64,000 nt of DNA from Terriglobia bacterium (GCA_963695545.1 OY968796.1:4095513-4159512), one strand, 5' to 3'. Positions 31,027 through 39,355 are shown, counted from the stretch's first letter. The notes: a model not told the origin generated them from the letters alone. Numbers and translations are program-made.

Positions 31027-31181
31027 CGCACACCAGCTTGGAAGTGGAAGTGCTAATCCGGAAGCGGCACTGAAGGCTGAAAGAGGGCAGCCGGTAGCCG
31101 CAAACCGTTTTGGGTGCAGGCTCGAACGAGAGCCCGCTCGAATACTGAAGGGGAACTTAAGCTTATACCAGTCTCCTCCGG

Positions 31182-31397
31182 CGTGGCTCGCGATTCTCGC
31201 GCGCGTGTCGAATTGACCACCCGCGCGCAGCCTCAGGTGACGCGCGCGTTTGCGGCAGGATCGAAATCCGCCGCTGTAGAAGCTGCCTCGCGAAGTACGC
31301 TAGAATCGAAACTCGATCCGTCGGGGTGTAGCGCAGCTTGGTAGCACGCCTGCGTTGGGCGCACCGAACCCGACCCCAACAGCTCCTTTTCTTACTT
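31182..31397 (+). repeat. ~215-bp direct repeat, copy 1 (promoter + tRNA-Pro 5' half)
   Basis: Aligns over its whole length with 34500-34714. Confidence 0.9.
31322..31363 (+). pseudogene. Degenerate 5' half of tRNA-Pro(TGG)
   Basis: CGGGGTGTAGCGCAGCTTGGTAGCACGCCTGCGTTGGG covers acceptor 5' strand, D-arm and anticodon. No T-arm (GTTCRA) follows. TAGAAT -10 at 31301. Confidence 0.7.
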
Positions 31398-31459
31398 CGT
31401 TTGTAATGAGCACCGTATCGAAAGGAGCCATCAATGAACGGCGCAAAAAGGAGCCATCA

Positions 31460-31906
31460 ATGAGCGCGGTACAAATCGAACAGAAGAGCTATGAGATGCC
31501 CCCGCACGAGGGGTTCAGCGTCGCGCACTTTCTCACCGTCGCCGACGTCGAACGATCGGCTCGCTACTACGAAAAAGTGTTCGGCGCCCGGATTCTGACC
31601 ATGGGTGACGGCAATGCGCCCCCGTACCTTCAACTTGCGAATATCTGGATGATTCTGAACGTTGGAGGCGGTCCGACCCCGGACAAGCCGACGGTAACGC
31701 TCAGCGTTCCCGACCCGAATCACATCAACAGCTTTATGAATTTCCGCGTTGCGGATATCCAAGCGTGCTACGAATTGTGGAAAAGTCGAGGAGCGGAGTT
31801 CATCACGCCGCCGATCCCCAAGTACGGCGAGATTCGCTGCTACATCCGCGATCCTGACGGTTATATTATCGAGGTCGGGCAGAGTACCGCGCTCAAGTAC
31901 GGTTAG
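31460..31906 (+). CDS. VOC/glyoxalase family protein
   Basis: HFLTVADVERSARYY and YIRDPDGYIIEV motifs. Confidence 0.88.
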   Translation: MSAVQIEQKSYEMPPHEGFSVAHFLTVADVERSARYYEKVFGARILTMGDGNAPPYLQLANIWMILNVGGGPTPDKPTVTLSVPDPNHINSFMNFRVADIQACYELWKSRGAEFITPPIPKYGEIRCYIRDPDGYIIEVGQSTALKYG

Positions 31907-32005
31907 CGCTTGGTGCGCGGATAGCATGCCGACTCTGCCCCCCTCGCGCTCGTGCCAACGTTTGCCTCGAACAGTCACTCGCTCTGACATCGAAAGGACT
32001 ACCAG

Positions 32006-32866
32006 ATGGATGGCACAAATGGACTGAAAGAGACCACGCTTGGTGTGAACGTTTTTACCGCCCCGGGAAAGACTATGGTCGGCGAGCGGCCAAAGCCCTT
32101 CGGCGAACCGCTCGGCTTTGACCCGATCACGTCGACTTTAATCTTCGGCGAGTACGACGCGGTGCTGGTGGACGCAATGGGGACAGTGGCTGAGGCCGAG
32201 GCTCTCGCGGATTGGATTGCTCTGCACAACCGCAACCTGGAGACGATCTATATAACGCACGCGCATTTCGACCACTTCTACGGTCTGAGCATTCTACTCG
32301 ACCGTTTCCCGGGCGCTCGGGCGATAGCAACGCCGAACGCGGTGAAAGCCATGCAGATGTCTTTCTCTCCTACGGTGGAGCGGTTGGCGCGCCGGCTTTT
32401 TCCTGGGCAAGTGGCCACAAAGTTGGTTCCGCCTGAGCCCTATGAGCACGACACGTTCACTCTCGAGGGCCACGAATTGCGCATCATCGAGCAGGGCCGC
32501 ACCGATAGTCCCGATTCGACGTCGCTGTACGTTCCATCGATCGGCCTGATCGTCGCTGGCGACGTTGTGTACAACCAATGCCGCATGTACGTCGGCGACA
32601 CCACGGCCGAGAGCCGAAAGAATTGGATCGCGGCGCTAGACCGGTTGGCGGCGCTGAACCCGGCGATGGTTGTCGCCGGTCATAAGAAGACTGGCGCGCC
32701 CGACTCTCCCACGACGATCCAAGAGACCAAGCGTTACCTGCAGGACTTTGATCGGTTGCAGAAAACCGCGACATCCGACCAGGAGCTGTTCGATCAGATG
32801 ACGGAGCTCTACCCGCATTGGGTAGCCAATCAGTCGTGGTTGATGTTCGGATTCCCCGGGGCATAA
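32006..32866 (+). CDS. Metallo-beta-lactamase fold hydrolase
   Basis: THAHFDH, AGDVVY and VAGH motifs. Confidence 0.87.
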   Translation: MDGTNGLKETTLGVNVFTAPGKTMVGERPKPFGEPLGFDPITSTLIFGEYDAVLVDAMGTVAEAEALADWIALHNRNLETIYITHAHFDHFYGLSILLDRFPGARAIATPNAVKAMQMSFSPTVERLARRLFPGQVATKLVPPEPYEHDTFTLEGHELRIIEQGRTDSPDSTSLYVPSIGLIVAGDVVYNQCRMYVGDTTAESRKNWIAALDRLAALNPAMVVAGHKKTGAPDSPTTIQETKRYLQDFDRLQKTATSDQELFDQMTELYPHWVANQSWLMFGFPGA

Positions 32867-32974
32867 CTCACATCAACCGCGGTGGCCCGTCCTTGCGCAC
32901 TTTGGAGGTAGCCGCGGACGATGAGCTAGCTCATATTCAGGAGAACAGAATTCGATTTCAAAGAGGAGAACAAA

Positions 32975-33799
32975 ATGACAACAAAAGGAAAAGTCGTGGT
33001 GCTGGTCTCGAGCGGTCACGGTTTGCCCTTGAAAGATGGCAAGGTATACGCCGGCGCTGGCTACTATCTCAACGAGCTGACGGTTCCGGTTCGCGCCCTG
33101 ATGAAGGAGGGCTACGAAATCACTTTCGCCAACCCCAAAGGCAACACGCCGCAATTGGATGTCCATTCAGCTGTAGCCGACTTCTTCGGTGGAGACGAGG
33201 CTAAGCTTCAGGACTATCTAAAATTCCGCGACACTCTGACTGGGCTCAAAAATCCAACTCGTATCTCGGATGTCATCGCCTCGGGCCTGGATCAATATGA
33301 CGCTGTTTTCGTCCCCGGCGGCCATGGCCCGATGATGGACCTGCTCGATGATCCCGACGCGGGCACCGTGCTGAGACACTTTCATAAAACATCCAAGCCT
33401 ACGGCAGTGCTCTGCCATGGCCCGATTTCACTTCTCGCGGCGCTTCCGAATTCGACGGAAGTGGTCGCCGCGCTGTCGGCGGGCGATGCCGCTGGAGCAC
33501 ACGCAAAGGCTCAAGGCTGGATCTATTCTGGATATAAGATGACCATCTTTTCGACGGCGGAAGAGCAGCAGCGGGAGCCGCTTGAGATTGGTGGGAAGGT
33601 TCTTTTCTACCCGGACTTCGCCTTGCGTACTGCGGGCGGCGACGTAAGTGTGGCCGCTCCATGGCAGAGCTACGTTCTTCAAGATCGCGAGTTGATCTCA
33701 GGTCAGAACCCGTTCTCAGACGAAGCGCTTCTGAAACTTCTTCTACCGGCACTCAACGGGAGAAGAAGTAAGGGGGCTGGCGCATCCTCCGTTGGATAG
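32975..33799 (+). CDS. DJ-1/PfpI (type 1 glutamine amidotransferase-like) protein
   Basis: PGGHGPMMDL, LCHGP and SGQNP motifs. Confidence 0.88.
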   Translation: MTTKGKVVVLVSSGHGLPLKDGKVYAGAGYYLNELTVPVRALMKEGYEITFANPKGNTPQLDVHSAVADFFGGDEAKLQDYLKFRDTLTGLKNPTRISDVIASGLDQYDAVFVPGGHGPMMDLLDDPDAGTVLRHFHKTSKPTAVLCHGPISLLAALPNSTEVVAALSAGDAAGAHAKAQGWIYSGYKMTIFSTAEEQQREPLEIGGKVLFYPDFALRTAGGDVSVAAPWQSYVLQDRELISGQNPFSDEALLKLLLPALNGRRSKGAGASSVG

Positions 33800-34037
33800 A
33801 ATCGTCGCTACTAGCGCAGCCACAACCTGCATCAACCGCCGATGCGAATGTTTCCTCGCGCATGATGGAGCATTGTCCCTGGTTGGGAAGGCGCCGGAAA
33901 TCGCGATGCCGACGTGTCGTCCGATACCTTGGTCCAATCGTTTTGCCTTTCCTCGCCAGGCTTAGTCGGCAGCAGGTATAAACACGGAAGAATCGGAATC
34001 AGCAGGTAAGCACTGTTTATCGGAATGGGAGCCGTCA

Positions 34038-34484
34038 ATGAGCAGCGTACAAATCGCACAAAAAAGTTACGAGATGCCCCCGCTCGACGGGTTCACCGTA
34101 ACACATTTCATCACCGTCGCCGACATCGACCGATCGGCTGATTTTTATGCAAAGGTCTTCGGCGGCCGCATTCTGAGCAGAGGCGACAGCAAGGGTGCAT
34201 CTGGGCACATTCAGATCGCGAATACTTGGCTGATTGTCAACGTCGGTGGCGGGCCCACTCCGGACAAGCCGTCGGTAACGCTCAGCGTCCCTGCCGACCC
34301 GGATAAGGTCAGCAGCTTCTTGAATATCCGCGTTGCGGATATTCGAGCGTGCTATGAACTATGGAAAAGTCGAGGAGCCGAGTTCATCACCGTGCCGATT
34401 GCCAAGTACGGCGAGATTCGCTGCTACATCCGCGATCCCGACGGTTACATTATCGAGGTCGGACAGACCACCGACCTCACGTAA
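34038..34484 (+). CDS. VOC/glyoxalase family protein, close paralogue of 31460-31906
   Basis: Shares NVGGGPTPDKP and CYELWKSRGAEFIT...KYGEIRCYIRDPDGYIIEVGQ. Confidence 0.88.
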   Translation: MSSVQIAQKSYEMPPLDGFTVTHFITVADIDRSADFYAKVFGGRILSRGDSKGASGHIQIANTWLIVNVGGGPTPDKPSVTLSVPADPDKVSSFLNIRVADIRACYELWKSRGAEFITVPIAKYGEIRCYIRDPDGYIIEVGQTTDLT

Positions 34485-34499
34485 TGCTGGCTGGGCCGA

Positions 34500-34714
34500 C
34501 GTGGCTCGCGATTCCCGCGCCATGTCGAATTGACCACCCGCGCGCAGCCTTAGGTGACGCGCGCATTTGTGGCACGATCGAAATCCGGCGCTGTGGAAGC
34601 TGGCTCGCGAAGTACGCTAGAATCGAAACTCAATCTGTCGGGGTGTAGCGCAGCCTGGTAGCGCGCCTGCCTTGGGCGCGGACCGACCGACTCCAACAGC
34701 TCCATTCTCTACTT
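34500..34714 (+). repeat. ~215-bp direct repeat, copy 2 (promoter + tRNA-Pro 5' half)
   Basis: Aligns with 31182-31397. Confidence 0.9.
34639..34682 (+). pseudogene. 5' half of tRNA-Pro(TGG), probable att junction
   Basis: CGGGGTGTAGCGCAGCCTGGTAGCGCGCCTGCCTTGGG then loss of tRNA similarity; TAGAAT at 34618. Confidence 0.75.
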
Positions 34715-34795
34715 TGGCTTCTCTGTGTTTTCAGCAATTTGGGGAATCTGCTTTTCGCTCAAAGCTAACCCCAATGGCATCAAAACATCGGATTC

Positions 34796-34814
34796 TGGCA
34801 CAGTTTTGGCACAG
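34796..34814 (+). other. Tandem TGGCACAG direct repeat resembling a tyrosine-integrase arm site
   Basis: TGGCACAG-TTT-TGGCACAG; related motif at 39376, 39884 and 40388. Confidence 0.5.
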
Positions 34815-34969
34815 GGGACGCGCCTGCTTTTGCAGCAGAAGCGTGCTGGCGCACATTCGCTAGCTATCCAGGATTGGTAGTGTGCCCGTGACCTAAATGA
34901 TCGCAGGCTTGCTGACTTCTCGACCGAGGATTCTCCGCTGACGAGCACGTCCGGTAGCGTCGGGATAAT

Positions 34970-35512
34970 CTATTTAGGCAGCTTTGAGTTGATGTGCGTT
35001 GCTAGTACACGAATCTCGTTTCGAGCGATCTGACAGTCTTTTCGCGAAATACAAGGAAACATGTGACTGTACATATTGCGCACGCGCTTAATAAGCTCCA
35101 TGTGCCCAAGGAAGAATTCCAGCGTGGGAAAAACATCCGGGATGCAGTCGGACTGATAGGCCTTCACAACTTCTTCGAGCTGACCAAGCGTGACCAAATG
35201 TATTGGTAGGACTTTAACCGAAGAAGAGGAGCCGATCCACGGCATTGAATCCATTTTTTCCTGCTGATTCTCAGCGTACTCGAAAATCTTTTGTAGCTTA
35301 GTCCTGAGCGACACTTCCCACCAATCAATGCCATAGCACGTCGTCAAAAACGAATCGATTAGCAGGCGAAGCCCGTTTTCAAATTGGTACAGCGCAGGGA
35401 AAATGATATTACTCAGGTCCATCGCGGGAAAGTACTCAGCCGGAAGCCTGACTATCCGCCTGGGACCTCTGATACGCGTTTGCCTACTTGTTCTTTTTGT
35501 CCTTCGGGCCAT
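34970..35512 (-). CDS. Swt1-like HEPN domain protein (putative RNase)
   Basis: YQFENGLRLLI...WW...LGQL...RNMYSH (E...Rx4H pattern). Confidence 0.72.
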   Translation of the reverse strand: MARRTKRTSRQTRIRGPRRIVRLPAEYFPAMDLSNIIFPALYQFENGLRLLIDSFLTTCYGIDWWEVSLRTKLQKIFEYAENQQEKMDSMPWIGSSSSVKVLPIHLVTLGQLEEVVKAYQSDCIPDVFPTLEFFLGHMELIKRVRNMYSHMFPCISRKDCQIARNEIRVLATHINSKLPK

Positions 35513-35714
35513 GTTTTCTCACGTGATGACGGGCGTTCCTGATTGACTGGACCTTGCTACCGCATACAGTTGCAATCTCCGTATCAGCCAGGGCAAATCT
35601 ATCAAGTATTTCCACTTTCCTCTCAAGGCTAGCTTCTTTCTCTGTTGCCACGCAAAGGTACGCCAACATCAAACGGATTGAATCCGAATCCGCCGACGAA
35701 CGATTGGAGTTCAT
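35484..35714 (-). CDS. Small HTH protein G (76 aa)
   Basis: Hydrophobic helix, then KVEILDRFALADTEIATVCGSKVQSIRN; ATGA-coupled to the upstream gene. Confidence 0.7.
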   Translation of the reverse strand: MNSNRSSADSDSIRLMLAYLCVATEKEASLERKVEILDRFALADTEIATVCGSKVQSIRNARHHVRKHGPKDKKNK

Positions 35715-35944
35715 TTCGTCCCCCTAAACTTTTTCCTTTTCAAGCCAGACTTCATCACGGCTACGGTTGGAGGCGTCGTGTCACAAATCACGGCGATTTC
35801 TTGATTTCCATAGCCGAGACGAGCCAAAACACGAACGCGATCTTCCAACCTCTGCAATTCTTTGATTGCGATATAGCCAAAAACAAGCGCTAGACTCGGC
35901 AGTGCTTGCTGCTCAGCTTCCCTTTCTTTACTTTTCTTCGCCAC
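35711..35944 (-). CDS. Small HTH protein F (77 aa)
   Basis: RVRVLARLGYGNQEIAVICDTTPPTV; AAGGAGG RBS. Confidence 0.75.
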   Translation of the reverse strand: MAKKSKEREAEQQALPSLALVFGYIAIKELQRLEDRVRVLARLGYGNQEIAVICDTTPPTVAVMKSGLKRKKFRGTK

Positions 35945-35976
35945 GAATTGATCCCTCCTTGAGCGTCTGGTAACTC

Positions 35977-36753
35977 TTAGGCTTCCAGTCGGCTTGGTGC
36001 AATCGGGTTAATCTCGACAATGATGTTCCTAATCTGGCTGCCATTCGCTGCGACCCTTGCGGGCACACGGTACTTCCGCCCCTGTGGACGGGCATCAAAA
36101 AGTATCAGCCATCCCACCCGTCGGGACTCTCTTTTCATGTAATCCCGCAGTTGAGCCGCTCCATTGTAGCGACTCTTCATTATCTTTAGTTCGATGAGAT
36201 GCGGAATTCGAGAAAGCACCACCACGACGTCAATAAAGCCAATTCCAGAAAATATTTCTCTCCACACCAACCCGCTTTCCGCAAGCACTCCCTTCGCAAA
36301 AACCGCAAGCAACGCTTGGCCAATGCGCTCAGGTCTTGGACGCAGCTCTCCGGCCTTTCTAGAAACCCAAAAGCTATCGACCGCCCGTGATTCCACAGCT
36401 CTCTTAAATCGATCAAGGAGCAAAGATATCGTCAACCTCGCCCTCTGTTTTAACTCTCGACGCTCTTGTGAGAGCCCACCCGGGAACGATTCAATCTCCG
36501 ACTTTGCTTTTTTTTTAAACTGGCCGTCGAGAACCGCAAGAATGGACTTTTCAAATTTCGGTCTATCGAGTTCCCGGTTATTTCGGTAGAACACTGTTCG
36601 AATTCGATGTGCTGATTCTAAGAGAGACTTATCCGTCCGGGGTCGCCGCTCTCTTTCGTAGAGATTCGCGAGACTCACCGCATACTGATCAACATCGCGC
36701 AAGCCTCTGCGCGAGAAATAGTCTTCCAAGAATCTCTGAACTGAGAAGATCAT
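35977..36753 (-). CDS. PD-(D/E)XK nuclease-fold protein
   Basis: C-terminal GFIDVVV...IELK...AAQLRDYM; N-terminal region unrecognised. Confidence 0.65.
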   Translation of the reverse strand: MIFSVQRFLEDYFSRRGLRDVDQYAVSLANLYERERRPRTDKSLLESAHRIRTVFYRNNRELDRPKFEKSILAVLDGQFKKKAKSEIESFPGGLSQERRELKQRARLTISLLLDRFKRAVESRAVDSFWVSRKAGELRPRPERIGQALLAVFAKGVLAESGLVWREIFSGIGFIDVVVVLSRIPHLIELKIMKSRYNGAAQLRDYMKRESRRVGWLILFDARPQGRKYRVPARVAANGSQIRNIIVEINPIAPSRLEA

Positions 36754-36762
36754 GCCTTTGCG

Positions 36763-37203
36763 CTAATGGCGCTTCCCCCTCGCCTTTTTATTGGCGGACG
36801 GGCGACCGTCCCGCTCCAGGTTGAACTCCTCACACACAAATTGGGTGATCCGCAAACTTCGGTCGATTGGAGTTTTCCCCCAGAGGTCGCGTCCGCCGGA
36901 AGCCCCTACGATTTCAAGAAGACCTTGGTCCTTCAATTCTCTCAATTCTGGAGTAATGTTCTGCCGCTGCATTTTCAAGTGTCCCGCAATCTCTTGTACG
37001 CCTCGACTTCCATCTGCGGCCAGATACACCTGTGCTCGTCTCTTGCTCTTCTTAAAGATCTCCATGGCCGAAGCTCGGTGCTTGCTGGCTTCTGCACGCA
37101 GGGCAAACGCAGTAGTTTGCTCCAGAGAATCGACTTTGTGCTCTATCAACCCCAACCTGTTCAATACCTGCTGATTCCAATCGAGTGAGCTGTCTTTGCG
37201 CAT
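36763..37203 (-). CDS. Coiled-coil + winged-HTH (ArsR/MarR-like) protein
   Basis: RAQVYLAADGSRGVQEIAGHLKMQRQNITPELRELKDQGLLE. Confidence 0.75.
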   Translation of the reverse strand: MRKDSSLDWNQQVLNRLGLIEHKVDSLEQTTAFALRAEASKHRASAMEIFKKSKRRAQVYLAADGSRGVQEIAGHLKMQRQNITPELRELKDQGLLEIVGASGGRDLWGKTPIDRSLRITQFVCEEFNLERDGRPSANKKARGKRH

Positions 37204-37234
37204 GATTACCTTACCTTGTAACCTTTCTAGCCGC

Positions 37235-37489
37235 CTACCTCGCAGCGATTCTCGTCTTGCCGGCCCGCGATAGCGCAGGATGCATAGTTCCTTCCCCGCT
37301 CGCTTCCAGCAACGGTTTGAGAAGCTTTGAAATTCTATTCACCCGCTTCATATCCAACCCCACCACGCTCCGGAGTTCCTGCCGCTTCATCCTTGCGATC
37401 GAAGCCTGCAAGATAAAAAGGTCCTCTAGGAGCTCGATAATCCTATCGAGTTTTTCTGTCGTGTTCTCCTCGTGCGGAGCCCTCTTCAT
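37235..37489 (-). CDS. Small HTH protein E (84 aa)
   Basis: KLDRIIELLEDLFILQ...RQELRSVVGLDMKRVNRISK; GGAG RBS; start at 37489. Confidence 0.7.
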   Translation of the reverse strand: MKRAPHEENTTEKLDRIIELLEDLFILQASIARMKRQELRSVVGLDMKRVNRISKLLKPLLEASGEGTMHPALSRAGKTRIAAR

Positions 37490-37665
37490 TGTTTTTTCTC
37501 CTTCCTGAAGAACCTTGCGATGCGATTGACTCTGTGGATGTCGCAACCAACAATCTTTCGAATCTCAAGCTGAGGCACATTCGCTTTCGCCAGCTCAGTT
37601 ATCAAAAGGTCCTTCAGAACCTCAGTGCCTATCTCTACTTGAGCGCCCGCTCTTTTAGTTGCCAT
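37486..37665 (-). CDS. Small HTH protein D (59 aa; absent from the ORF track)
   Basis: Manual translation MATKRAGAQVEIGTEVLKDLLITELAKANVPQLEIRKIVGCDIHRVNRIARFFRKEKKQ; GAGGTG RBS; ATGA overlap with E; paralogue of E. Confidence 0.75.
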   Translation of the reverse strand: MATKRAGAQVEIGTEVLKDLLITELAKANVPQLEIRKIVGCDIHRVNRIARFFRKEKKQ

Positions 37666-37689
37666 ATTCTTCTCACCTCTGCATTTCGC

Positions 37690-38484
37690 CTAAGACGTGG
37701 GAATTAGTGCATGCTTCGCCTTCACTACGCGTTCCCAATCGCGGAAGTTCAAGATGACCCTCTGACGGTCATGCCGCGAGATGGGATTCATATGCGCGAG
37801 TGGGTTTCGAGACGCACCAATACAATTGATGAGTTGACTGAACCACTCTATGTTCCCCAAGATAGCTTTTAACGCTTGCCAGGCATTTTGATTGCGCACG
37901 ATGGACACTAAGTCCTTGATATCGGTATAAAAGATGGGATGCGCCCCCCGTGCGCCGTGCCACGGTATTTCCGTCTCCTGGCGCATTCTCTCACGGACCG
38001 TGCGACGGACATTTTCAGATGCACATCGATCCCACCAATCCGGACCAATTGCTTGTCCCAAAACTCGTCTAAGAACTTCTCGCACGGAATTTTCAAAGAC
38101 ATACATAATCGGGTATACCTTTTCAGACATCTCCTTTGCCTCTGCTATCATCCGCGACGGCAAAATCGGGTCAGTAATCGACAATACGCCCCCGATTCGA
38201 ACCTCGCCCACTTTCGTCACTATCTTCGTTCTGACCTTCCTCTCCTCCGGGAATTCCTTCCTTGAGTTGAGCGTTGAGACTAAGCCGCGAACACGAGCAA
38301 CTGTCTCACCGTCTACGAATCGGTCCAGGCGCAGTCCTTCCTGATGAGCGATGCAGTAAACGGCTTCCTCCGTGCTCATCGGCACCTTCCGAATCAGTGC
38401 TTGGACGCGTTGAGAGAGGCGCTGTTTTGTAACGCCAAGCTTCCGAAGCAATGCGGTCCTAAGTGCCTTGTTCGTCATCGCCAT
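37690..38484 (-). CDS. Swt1-like HEPN domain protein with a helical/HTH-like N-terminus
   Basis: YVFENSVREVL...DWW...YTDIKDLVSIV...RNPLAH; GGGGAG RBS before the ATG at 38484. Confidence 0.8.
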   Translation of the reverse strand: MAMTNKALRTALLRKLGVTKQRLSQRVQALIRKVPMSTEEAVYCIAHQEGLRLDRFVDGETVARVRGLVSTLNSRKEFPEERKVRTKIVTKVGEVRIGGVLSITDPILPSRMIAEAKEMSEKVYPIMYVFENSVREVLRRVLGQAIGPDWWDRCASENVRRTVRERMRQETEIPWHGARGAHPIFYTDIKDLVSIVRNQNAWQALKAILGNIEWFSQLINCIGASRNPLAHMNPISRHDRQRVILNFRDWERVVKAKHALIPTS

Positions 38485-38497
38485 CCAGTTCTCCCCG

Positions 38498-38734
38498 TCA
38501 ATCGTTCTCTGCCCCTGGCTTCCGACGTTCCTTCCTTTCCTTTCGGACTTCTGCCAACCTGACACTGATCGCATTCGCTGTGGAATTTAGGAACGCCGCG
38601 ATTTCCTTCTGGCCATATCCTGCCCGGTCCAGTAGGTCCACTTGCTCCCTCTGCTTCAGCCCTCGGAGCAATGTCAATCCAATCAGACGCAGCGCCTGCA
38701 AAATCTGACTATTCGTGTCCTTCGGGTTATTCAT
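38498..38734 (-). CDS. Small HTH protein C (78 aa)
   Basis: EQVDLLDRAGYGQKEIAAFLNSTANAISVRL; ATGA-coupled. Confidence 0.75.
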   Translation of the reverse strand: MNNPKDTNSQILQALRLIGLTLLRGLKQREQVDLLDRAGYGQKEIAAFLNSTANAISVRLAEVRKERKERRKPGAEND

Positions 38735-38988
38735 TTAGGCCCCCTGCGCACTCGGCGGTCTCTCGATTTTCGCAAATTGAATAGCATCACTCGCACGGTG
38801 TTCGGCGTCGTATTCAGAATCTCAGCGATTTCTTTCGGCTGTAGTCCAGCCACAGAAAATAACCAAATCCTTTCTGTTTGACTCTTCCCCTCCGTCATGC
38901 CCATCACGGCGAGTCGGATAATCGCATCCAGCTTCCGCACGAGTGTATCCATCTTTTTTGAGATTGCGTCTAGACGCGTATCATCCAC
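38731..38988 (-). CDS. Small HTH protein B (85 aa, sigma70 region-4-like)
   Basis: KLDAIIRL...ERIWLFSVAGLQPKEIAEILNTTPNTVRVML. Confidence 0.78.
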   Translation of the reverse strand: MDDTRLDAISKKMDTLVRKLDAIIRLAVMGMTEGKSQTERIWLFSVAGLQPKEIAEILNTTPNTVRVMLFNLRKSRDRRVRRGPK

Positions 38989-39214
38989 GGTTCTTTGCCT
39001 TCTTCCTCATCGCCGTTGCTGCCGTGACGTAATTAACGGGTCTGCGCAGGATTTCAGCGACCTGCGCAGGTGATGCCCCCAGCTCTGTGAGTTTCACGAT
39101 CTTGTCGGTCATGCTGGCCTTAGAGCCCTCCGTACTTCGATCAAGCAGCAAGGAGATTATCAGGTCCAGACGTTGCACAATTGCTGCTACGGGGCTCGCT
39201 GTCTTTGGTCTCAT
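38981..39214 (-). CDS. Small HTH protein A (77 aa)
   Basis: RLDLIISLLL...DKIVKLTELGASPAQVAEILRRPVNYV. Confidence 0.72.
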   Translation of the reverse strand: MRPKTASPVAAIVQRLDLIISLLLDRSTEGSKASMTDKIVKLTELGASPAQVAEILRRPVNYVTAATAMRKKAKNRG

Positions 39215-39222
39215 ACAATAAT

Positions 39223-39252
39223 ATGTTAGCTCATATAATGAAGTATTGTCAA
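39223..39252 (-). promoter_or_regulatory. Promoter of the HTH-HEPN operon (leaderless or near-leaderless)
   Basis: Minus strand TTGACA-N18-TAACAT-N8-ATG; no SD sequence. Confidence 0.55.
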
Positions 39253-39355
39253 TAACGTTTTTTGAATCCTATAACTACATATCTGTCATTAGACAAAGAC
39301 AATCGTAGGCGTCATGGTTTCTGTTCCTCGGCCATTCTGATCACAACGTATCCTC

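Noticed and set aside
33800..34030. Possible gene remnant between the DJ-1 gene and the second VOC gene
   Set aside because: No frame gave a recognisable motif.
31460..34484. Classical integron cassette array
   Set aside because: No intI gene and no convincing attC sites (RYYYAAC...GTTRRRY) between the genes.
31322..34682. Functional tRNA-Pro genes or an intron-split tRNA
   Set aside because: Neither copy has a T-arm, I saw no matching 3' half in the window, and no group I/II intron features are evident.
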